Assembly (NCBI GenBank): GCA_044447965.1
Contig: JBIOGJ010000020.1
Coordinates: forward strand, 15,538-47,537
DNA length: 32,000 nt
Direction: 5' to 3'
Source of the DNA: Thermoanaerobaculales bacterium
Lineage (GTDB): Bacteria; Acidobacteriota; Thermoanaerobaculia; Thermoanaerobaculales; Thermoanaerobaculaceae
Numbering within the stretch: position 1 is the first letter of the stretch; each line of letters starts with the position of its first letter. The notes under the pieces are model-generated. The model was not told the DNA's origin, made no database searches, and saw only the letters and a program-made list of their open reading frames with translations. Of the stretch, positions 25,611-32,000 are shown piece by piece. The translations under genes were made by a program, and so were the position numbers.

Positions 25611-26278
25611 CCCGACGCCTTCAGCTTCGCGCGCCACCGCGCCTCGAGCAGGGCGCACCAGTCGGCAACGCCCTCCCCGCTGCGCGCCGAGGTGAGCAGC
25701 AGCGTGCCAGAGGGGTTGAGCGCGACCACTTGCCCGCGCACCGCATCGAGGTCAAAGCTGACGTGGGGCAGAAGATCGACCTTGCTGATCACCGCGACCT
25801 CGGCGCGGGCGAAGATCCCCGGATACTTGAACGGCTTGTCGTCGCCCTCGGTGACGGAGAGGAGCACCACCTTGAAGTCCTCGCCAAGGTCGTACGCGGT
25901 CGGGCAGATGAGGTTGCCGACGTTCTCAACGAACAGTACGTCGAGCGCCGGGAAGCGCGCCTCCTCGACCGCCTTGCGCACCTGTCGCGCGTCGAGATGG
26001 CAGGCGCCGCCGGTGAGGATTTGGACCGCCGGGATGGCGAGACGGCGCAGCCGCTCCGCATCGCGCTCGGTAGCGATATCGCCCTCAATTCCCCCGAGGC
26101 GGAGGCGACCCGCCAACGCGGCCACCGTGGCCTCGAGCAGCGTGGTCTTGCCCGAGCCAGGCGAGGAGATGAGGTTGACGACCAACGTGCCGGAGGCGGC
26201 AAAGCCCCGCCGCAGCTCTGCGGCCGCTTCCTCATTTGCCGCCAGCACCCGCGCGCGGACATCCACGACTTCAGCCAT
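25607..26278 (-). CDS. hypB: Hydrogenase nickel-incorporation GTPase HypB
   Basis: Motifs seen: SSPGSGKTTLL (P-loop), GGACHLDA (CH metal site), ENVGNLICP, ISKVDL. I chose the ATG at 26278 (MAEVVDV), which overlaps the hypA 3' end by 8 nt. Confidence 0.9.
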   Translation of the reverse strand: MAEVVDVRARVLAANEEAAAELRRGFAASGTLVVNLISSPGSGKTTLLEATVAALAGRLRLGGIEGDIATERDAERLRRLAIPAVQILTGGACHLDARQVRKAVEEARFPALDVLFVENVGNLICPTAYDLGEDFKVVLLSVTEGDDKPFKYPGIFARAEVAVISKVDLLPHVSFDLDAVRGQVVALNPSGTLLLTSARSGEGVADWCALLEARWRAKLKASG

Positions 26279-26666
26279 TCCCGGCCTCCTTCGCGCCCCC
26301 TGCTTGCTCGGCGTTGCTCCCGGGTTCCATCTCAACCCGCAACAGGTCGAGCTCCTGCCCGCCGCTCACCTGCAAGACTCCCCCGCAATCGGGGCACAGC
26401 CGAAGCCAGAACCCCCCGTCCCGAGGCTTGTCCATGCCACAAGTCGGGCAGTGCTGGCGCGCCGGTCGCCACTCCACCTCGATCTCGCTGCCGGCGTCGC
26501 GTCCGCCCGAGGTGAGCGCCTCCCAGGCAAAGCGAAGCAAATCAGGCTCGATGGCCGTCAGCTCCCCAACCGCCACGCTGACACGCAGCAATCTGGCGCC
26601 GCCGTGGTCGGCCAACACGCGGTCGCTGGTGGCGAGGATCTCTTGCGCGATCGACAGCTCGTGCAC
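26271..26666 (-). CDS. hypA: Hydrogenase nickel-insertion protein HypA
   Basis: It has the N-terminal MHE Ni-binding motif (MHELSIAQ) and a Zn site (CPTCG...CPDCGG). Confidence 0.9.
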   Translation of the reverse strand: MHELSIAQEILATSDRVLADHGGARLLRVSVAVGELTAIEPDLLRFAWEALTSGGRDAGSEIEVEWRPARQHCPTCGMDKPRDGGFWLRLCPDCGGVLQVSGGQELDLLRVEMEPGSNAEQAGGAKEAGNG

Positions 26667-26950
26667 GCTTCTCCGTCCTTGCCAGAGCCCGGTGGCTCCC
26701 CCAACGCACTCGCGGCGGGCAAGCCGGGCTCACGCCCCCACGCCGGGGTGCCGTGAACGCGGCGAGCGCGGGCTCCGTAAGCATACAGGGTTTGCTGGCT
26801 GAGGCCTCTCTGCCGAGCAAGAACCGCGCCAGCAAGGTACCATCGCAAGGGGCGACCCCGCTTGTGGCCGCACCCAGGTCGAGGAATGCAGTGCTTCCGC
26901 GCTGAAGTTGCAGGGTAGGCATCGCACGTGGCCAGGAAGGTGGCATCCCC

Positions 26951-29401
26951 ATGACACAACGACAGTTCGGTCCCCGGGCCGCGACTCTCCTCGTCGCAGC
27001 CCTGATCGGTTTCAACGTGCAAGCCGTCCAGGCCAAACCGGCGGCAGGCGCCACGGCTGGCACATCTTCGTCGGCGATGCTTCTACTGCCTCCGGAGACC
27101 CGCGCGTGGCCGGAAAAGGTGGCGCGTGAGGTTGCCGAGCGCGCCGCGCAGAGCAATGCACCGGTCCAAGTGCTGATCACGTTCCGCGTGCCCGATGCGA
27201 TCCGGCGGCTTGAGGTGGGGGCGCCCGGCGCACCCGCTCGACTGCGTTGGATCGCCGACACCGGGGGCAGCATCGGGCAGGACTTCGCGCCGTACGGCAT
27301 CGTTCTGTTGCAACGCTTCTCCCACCTCGCCACCGCATACGCGAGGGTGCCTCCCGATGCGCTGCCCGCGCTCGCCGCCGACGACCGGATCGACGAGATC
27401 GTCCCCGTTCGCACCGTCCACGCCCTCGATACGGCGGGCCGCGACTACATGCGCATTTCAACGATCCAGCCACCGTACAACGGTGCCGGAGTGGGGATCG
27501 CGATTCTCGACAGCGGTGTCGACTCCACCGTCCCCGAGCTCTCGCCGGTGGGGACCAAGACGATCTTGTTCTACGACGCCTACCACACGGTCGGCGAGCC
27601 CGCCTACGCCAAGGACGACTTCGGCCACGGTACCGAGGTGGCCGGAATCGCAGCCGCGATCGGCGTGAACGCCGGCACGCTTGGGGTGGCACCCAACGCG
27701 ACCGTGGTATCGGTCAAGGTCCTCGACAGCCTGGGCAACGGCGACGACGTCAAGATCCTCGGCGGCATCAACGCAATCCTGGCTAGCATCGGCGGCGGCA
27801 ACCCATACAACATCCGCGTCGCCAACATGTCGTTCGGCGGGTACTTTGGCAACGGCGCATCGGGCGTGCCACCACAGCCTTGCGACGATCCCGCCTCCGT
27901 GCCGCTGGTGGATGCCTTCACGCAGTTGAGCAACGCCGGTGTCGTACCGGTGGTGGCCGCCGGTAACGGGGGATGCACGAGCGGAGTGTCGTGGCCCGCG
28001 TGCATCTCCACCTCGTTGGCGGTGGGTGCCGTCTACGACGTGTCCGGCGCCGGCTTTTCCTACACCGGTGCGCAACAGTGCAATGGAAACCAGGGCTGCA
28101 CCGACAACACGCTGAGCCCCGGCATGGTCGCGTGTTTCTCCGATTCGGGGGAGAAACTCGATGTCTGGGCGCCCACCTGCTCGGTGGCGCCTCGAAAGGG
28201 TGGAGGCTACGACAATGGCTTTTGCGGTACCTCCGCCTCGGCGCCGTACGCCTCGGGTCTGGTGGCGCTGCTCGCCCAGGCGCAGCCCGGGACCACCGCG
28301 GCCGTGCTGAAGGCCGCGCTCCGCAACACCGGCACGCCAGTCACCGACACGCGAAACGGGTTGACGCGCAACGTCGCGGTCGCCGACCAAGCGCTCGCGG
28401 GGCTGGGTTGCACCGCGCCGCCGTCGCCGGCCGGCGTGCTCGGCAACAAGACCACGATCTGCCTTGGAGAGTCACTCGTGCTGAGCTGGAGCGCCGTGGC
28501 TGGGGCTGCGAGCTACACCGTGCAGGTAGCCACCGACCCCTCGTTCACCTCACCTTCCTCCACCGACACCACCTCGCTCTCCTTTGTCTATTCCTCGACT
28601 CAGGGCAGCGCCGCCACCTTCTACCTGCGGGTTCGCACCAACTTGGCGTGCGGCACACCGTCGGCCTGGTCGAGCACGGTGAGCGTGGCTTACACGCAGC
28701 AGTGCCAAGTGGCGTATTCGCATACCTACTTTGTCTCCGGCATCGCGCGCCTGCCCGGTGTCGCGCCGGCGTTTTGGTACGCGGACCTCGCCGCGCTCAA
28801 CCCCGGGAGCGGCGTGGCCAACCTGCGCTTGACCTTTTACGGCACCGCCACGCCGCCGGTGGTCCTCACCACAGTCGGCGCCCACGCCCAGATGAGCTGG
28901 CCTGACGTACTGGCCACCTTATTCGGCGACAGCGGGCCCGACAAGGGCGTGATCCTCCTCGACGCCGACCAACCGATCGAGGTGCTGTCGCGCACCTACT
29001 CCAAGGTCACCAACCCCTCAACCGGCGCCGTGGAGACGTTCGGCCAGCAGTACCAAGGGATGGAGGCGAACGCTGGGCTCGTCAACGGCTCGGTTGGCTA
29101 CCTGGCGAATCTGCGCAGCGATGGCGTCTTTCGCACCAACGTCGAGTTCGTCAACGTCGGCGCGGTCACGACTGACGTCGAGTTCCGCTTCTACACCAAC
29201 GCGGGCGTCCTCATCACGACGGTTACCGGCACGGCTGCGCCGCAGCGCTGGGGCCAGCTCGTGCGGGCCCTCCCCAGTGGCCAGGCGGCGGCGTTCGCCG
29301 AAGTGCGCGCGCTTGCGCCGGGCGCACGGATCCTCGCGTCCGCGTCGGTGATCGACGGCAACTCCACCGACCCGACCACGATCCCGCTCTTCGTCCCGTA
29401 G
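26951..29401 (+). CDS. Secreted subtilisin-like serine protease (peptidase S8) with Fn3-like and unknown C-terminal domains
   Basis: The signal peptide is MTQRQFGPRAATLLVAALIGFNVQAVQA|K. The catalytic triad motifs are IAILDSGVD (Asp), DFGHGTEVAGIAAA (His), ANMSFGG (oxyanion Asn) and CGTSASAPYASGLVALL (Ser). The RBS GGAAGGTGG lies upstream. Confidence 0.9.
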   Translation: MTQRQFGPRAATLLVAALIGFNVQAVQAKPAAGATAGTSSSAMLLLPPETRAWPEKVAREVAERAAQSNAPVQVLITFRVPDAIRRLEVGAPGAPARLRWIADTGGSIGQDFAPYGIVLLQRFSHLATAYARVPPDALPALAADDRIDEIVPVRTVHALDTAGRDYMRISTIQPPYNGAGVGIAILDSGVDSTVPELSPVGTKTILFYDAYHTVGEPAYAKDDFGHGTEVAGIAAAIGVNAGTLGVAPNATVVSVKVLDSLGNGDDVKILGGINAILASIGGGNPYNIRVANMSFGGYFGNGASGVPPQPCDDPASVPLVDAFTQLSNAGVVPVVAAGNGGCTSGVSWPACISTSLAVGAVYDVSGAGFSYTGAQQCNGNQGCTDNTLSPGMVACFSDSGEKLDVWAPTCSVAPRKGGGYDNGFCGTSASAPYASGLVALLAQAQPGTTAAVLKAALRNTGTPVTDTRNGLTRNVAVADQALAGLGCTAPPSPAGVLGNKTTICLGESLVLSWSAVAGAASYTVQVATDPSFTSPSSTDTTSLSFVYSSTQGSAATFYLRVRTNLACGTPSAWSSTVSVAYTQQCQVAYSHTYFVSGIARLPGVAPAFWYADLAALNPGSGVANLRLTFYGTATPPVVLTTVGAHAQMSWPDVLATLFGDSGPDKGVILLDADQPIEVLSRTYSKVTNPSTGAVETFGQQYQGMEANAGLVNGSVGYLANLRSDGVFRTNVEFVNVGAVTTDVEFRFYTNAGVLITTVTGTAAPQRWGQLVRALPSGQAAAFAEVRALAPGARILASASVIDGNSTDPTTIPLFVP

Positions 29402-29410
29402 GGGCGGAGA

Positions 29411-30172
29411 TCAACCCGAGGGTAGGAACAGCTCGGCGAACGCCGAGTCGGTCTCCCGCTCGATCACGGCGAGGTCAGCTTTGCGCACGCGCGCGACCGT
29501 CTCCGCGACCAGCCGCACGTACGCCGGCTCGTTACGCCTACCTCGATGCGGAACGGGTGCGAGGTAGGGGCTATCGGTCTCCACCAAGAGGCAACCGCTG
29601 GGAACCGCTTTCGCGGCCTCGCGAACGTTGTCACCGTTGGTAAACGTCACCATCCCCGAGATGCCAACAAATAGACCTCGCTCGGTCACTTCCTCGACCC
29701 CAGGCGCACCCTCGGTGAACGAGTGCGCGACTCCGCGCGTGCCGGGACACGCATCGAGAGCCGCGAGGAAGTCGACCCACGCCTCACGCTGGTGGAGCAC
29801 CACCGGCAGGTCGCGCTCGCGGGCAAGGGCAAGCTGCCAGGCCAGTGCCTGGCGCTGCTCCTCCCGGGGCGACAGGTCGTAGTGATAGTCAAGACCGATC
29901 TCGCCCACGGCAACGATTGCAGGTGAGGAAAGAAGGCGCTCGAGGCGCCGCTTCCAGGCCGCGTCCAGGGTGCTCGCCTCGTGGGGGTGAAAGCCGAGCG
30001 CCCCGACCACCTTGCCCTCCTGGGTGCCCGCCAGCTCAGCCACCGCGTCCAGGTCGGCCTGCCCGGTGGCGGGGGCGAGGATGCGGGTCACGCCCGCGTC
30101 GTGCGCCCGCGCCAACACGGCAGCGCGTTCGTCGGGTTCGAACATCGACAGGTGGGCATGGGAATCGATCAC
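29411..30172 (-). CDS. tatD: TatD-family metal-dependent hydrolase (DNase)
   Basis: Motifs seen: MIDSHAHL, GFHPHEA, AVGEIGLDYHY, VVLHQREA, GVAHSF, LLVETDSPYLAP. Confidence 0.9.
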   Translation of the reverse strand: MIDSHAHLSMFEPDERAAVLARAHDAGVTRILAPATGQADLDAVAELAGTQEGKVVGALGFHPHEASTLDAAWKRRLERLLSSPAIVAVGEIGLDYHYDLSPREEQRQALAWQLALARERDLPVVLHQREAWVDFLAALDACPGTRGVAHSFTEGAPGVEEVTERGLFVGISGMVTFTNGDNVREAAKAVPSGCLLVETDSPYLAPVPHRGRRNEPAYVRLVAETVARVRKADLAVIERETDSAFAELFLPSG

Positions 30173-30289
30173 CGCGTCCCCGCGAGGAGACTCTCCACCC
30201 TCAGCCGCGATGTGTCAACCGCGAACACTGGCAGCACCGTGCGGGCACGACCTTGCTCAGCGACGCTCCGGCGGCTAAGCTCCCACGCC

Positions 30290-31273
30290 ATGAGCGACGC
30301 TCCCTCCCTGGCCCTGGCCGTGATCGGAGTCGGCCACCTCGGGCGCCATCACGTCAGGCTCGCCTGCACCCTCCCCGGCTGGCGATGCGTTGGCGCATTC
30401 GACCTTGACCGCGACAAGCTCGAGGCGGTTTGCCGCGAGTTCGGCGCGACACCGCTTCCCGACCTTGAGACCGCAGTCGAGCGCTGCGAGGCGGCGGTGA
30501 TCGCCTCGCCGACCGTGACCCACGCCGAGATCGCCGCACGCTTTCTCGCTGCCGGCCGTCACGTGCTGGTGGAGAAGCCAATCGCCGCGAGTGTCACCGA
30601 GGCGGAAGCAATGGTCGCCCTGGCGGAGCGGCATGAGGTTAGGCTCGGGGTAGGCCACGTAGAGTTCTTCAACCCGGCGGTTCAAGCGGTGCTGGCGCGG
30701 CAGCCGCGACCGCGCTATCTCGAGGCGCAGCGCCTCTCGCCGTTCACCCGCCGCTCGCTCGACATCGACGTCGTGCTCGACCTCATGGTGCACGACCTGC
30801 AGCTCGCCCAGGCACTCAACCGCGGTGCGGCGATCAGGGAGGTGCGGGCCGTCGGTGTGCCGGTGCTCTCGCCCCGCGTGGACCTTACCAACGTGAGGCT
30901 TGCCTTCGCCAACGGCTGCGTGGCCAATCTCACCGCCAGCCGGGTCTCGGGCGAACGCGTCCGCAAGCTGCGGTTGTTTGAACCCGACGCGTACCACTCG
31001 ATCGACTACGCCGAGCAGACGGTCTCTGCCTTCCGGCTCGTCCGGGGAGGGCCGGAACCGGCGATTGAGCCGGTCGCGGTCCCCGTCATCAAGGGAGAGC
31101 CCCTCGCCGCGGAGCACCTCGCCTTTCAGCGCGCCTGCCGGGGCGAGGCCGGCACGTTTGTGGATGGTCGCTCGGGGACCGCAGCGCTAGCGGGAGCACG
31201 CGCCGTCGTGGAGGCCATCGACTTGGCGGCTGCCGACGGCTGGCCAGCCGATCGCGAGTTTATGGTTTCGTAG
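30290..31273 (+). CDS. Gfo/Idh/MocA-family NAD(P)-dependent oxidoreductase
   Basis: The N-terminal Rossmann motif is LAVIGVGHLGRHH, followed by AVIASPTVTHAEIA and HVLVEKP (the EKP motif). I chose the ATG at 30290 (MSDAPSL). The upstream part of the track ORF overlaps tatD antisense. Confidence 0.85.
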   Translation: MSDAPSLALAVIGVGHLGRHHVRLACTLPGWRCVGAFDLDRDKLEAVCREFGATPLPDLETAVERCEAAVIASPTVTHAEIAARFLAAGRHVLVEKPIAASVTEAEAMVALAERHEVRLGVGHVEFFNPAVQAVLARQPRPRYLEAQRLSPFTRRSLDIDVVLDLMVHDLQLAQALNRGAAIREVRAVGVPVLSPRVDLTNVRLAFANGCVANLTASRVSGERVRKLRLFEPDAYHSIDYAEQTVSAFRLVRGGPEPAIEPVAVPVIKGEPLAAEHLAFQRACRGEAGTFVDGRSGTAALAGARAVVEAIDLAAADGWPADREFMVS

Positions 31274-31337
31274 TATCCCCATACAACCTAATGGCTTATT
31301 GATCATGCCCAAATGAGGTGCGAACGCGCCGACGCCC

Positions 31338-31366
31338 TTGACAGCTCAGCCGCGCGCACCGATATT
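31338..31366 (+). promoter_or_regulatory. Sigma70-like promoter
   Basis: TTGACA (31338-31343), a 17 nt spacer, then GATATT (31361-31366). This is the best -35/-10 match I found in the window. Confidence 0.45.
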
Positions 31367-31371
31367 GGGAG

Positions 31372-31490
31372 TGCCTAACCGGCCGCGGGCGTTGAACGGA
31401 CACAGCAGCCGCGACAACCACTGCAAAAAGTCCGGGCGGACCTTCCGCCAAGCCGAAACCCGGCGCTGCCGGGTTTCGCTGTTTGTCGCG
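31372..31490 (+). ncRNA. Candidate ~120 nt small RNA or cis-regulatory leader, class unknown
   Basis: It is bounded by the promoter above and the terminator hairpin below. Internal hairpins can be drawn: CGCGG (31385-31389) pairs with CCGCG (31409-31413), and GGCGG-ACCUU-CCGCC forms at ~31435-31449. The only ORF here is Arg-rich with a TTG start and is implausible. Confidence 0.3.
31455..31490 (+). terminator. Candidate rho-independent terminator
   Basis: A perfect 9-bp stem GAAACCCGG / CCGGGUUUC with a 5 nt loop (CGCUG), followed by GCUGUUUGU. Confidence 0.5.
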
Positions 31491-31593
31491 CAGGCAATAG
31501 GGCGTCGAGAGCGTTCACCATTCGATGCGCTCCCGGTTTGACGCCACCACCAGCCACCGGTTAGTCTCGACCTACGCCGTCTCGGGAGGGGCC

Positions 31594-32000
31594 ATGGACG
31601 AACCCGTGCTGAAGCACGCCCGCCGGCTCCAGATCATCTGCATCGCGTTCGCAGCCAGCCTCGCCGCCTACGCCGGAGTGGTGTTCGGCCTACCCGACCC
31701 GGCTGGGCCGGCGTTGCCCCAGGCCGAGGCGTTGCGCTGGGGTTTCGTCTTCATCTCGGCCGCGAACCTTGCCACCGTGATGCCGACCTACCGAGCGATG
31801 ATGGCGGGTCCGCGTCGAGTCTTCGCAGTCGGGCGACAGGTCGAGCGCCTGCTCGCCGCGCACCTCACCGCCTACCTGGTGGCGTTAGCGCGGGTTGAGG
31901 GCGTGGCGGTGCTCGGGCTGCTGCTGTTCTTTCTCACCGGGCGTCGTGACTGGTTTTGGGTCTTGGTGGCTGTGGCAGCGCTTGGCACCGCCCTGCTCTG
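31594..32000 (+). CDS. Hypothetical membrane protein (N-terminal part; continues off the window)
   Basis: The ATG at 31594 is preceded by GGGAGGGG. The frame is open to the window end with G/C-biased third positions. Hydrophobic helices include IICIAFAASLAAYAGVVFGL and GVAVLGLLLFFL. I recognised no family. Confidence 0.55.
   Translation, partial: MDEPVLKHARRLQIICIAFAASLAAYAGVVFGLPDPAGPALPQAEALRWGFVFISAANLATVMPTYRAMMAGPRRVFAVGRQVERLLAAHLTAYLVALARVEGVAVLGLLLFFLTGRRDWFWVLVAVAALGTALL

Noticed and set aside
25074-26756. A 560-aa plus-strand ORF spanning hypF, hypB and hypA
   Set aside because: It is antisense to three confidently identified hyp genes and is low-complexity and Arg/Pro-rich.
29402-29410. 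The convergent S8 protease and tatD stops are only 9 nt apart, so I looked for a bidirectional terminator
   Set aside because: No hairpin can be formed in or around the 9-nt gap, so there is nothing to annotate.
31372-31490. The idea that the candidate small RNA is SRP (4.5S) RNA, or a known riboswitch such as ZTP or NiCo
   Set aside because: ACAGCAGCC loosely recalls the SRP helix-8 AGCAGCC, but the flanking GGUCCGGAAGGA/GNRA context is missing. The ZTP and NiCo resemblances are limited to a few nucleotides, and the downstream gene does not fit ZTP biology. I therefore left the class unknown.

Overview
High-GC bacterial chromosomal DNA, densely coding and mostly on the minus strand. I saw no transposase, integrase, CRISPR array or rRNA. 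Contents from left to right:
- The N-terminal ~835 codons of a Tat-exported, selenocysteine-containing formate dehydrogenase alpha subunit. It has an in-frame UGA at 1922-1924 followed by an fdhF-like SECIS hairpin.
- An intrinsic terminator and tRNA-Pro(GGG).
- A translationally coupled der / MglA-like GTPase / MerR-like regulator unit.
- Two plus-strand membrane proteins.
- A class-I glutamine amidotransferase (peptidase C26 type).
- An ~11 kb, 8-gene minus-strand operon (8618-19554). It combines a QmoC-like FeS/cytochrome-b membrane subunit, a split and duplicated HdrA, NuoE/NuoF/NuoG(N)-type NADH modules, MvhD, a group-3 [NiFe] hydrogenase small and large subunit, and its maturation endopeptidase.
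- A decayed, internally deleted second copy of the amidotransferase.
- A nickel-transporter-like gene plus hypE-D-C-F-B-A.
- A secreted S8 protease with unusual C-terminal domains, tatD, and a Gfo/Idh/MocA oxidoreductase.
- A promoter- and terminator-bounded ~120 nt candidate small RNA or leader, then a partial membrane protein.

The most interesting signal is the hydrogenase operon. Its gene content merges Mvh-Hdr (group 3c), Hox/HydABC-type NADH modules and Qmo-type membrane coupling. It lacks HdrB and HdrC. One HdrA is interrupted, within its inserted ferredoxin domain, by the NuoE-NuoF-NuoG(N) modules. All functional calls come from by-eye motif recognition; no database search was possible.
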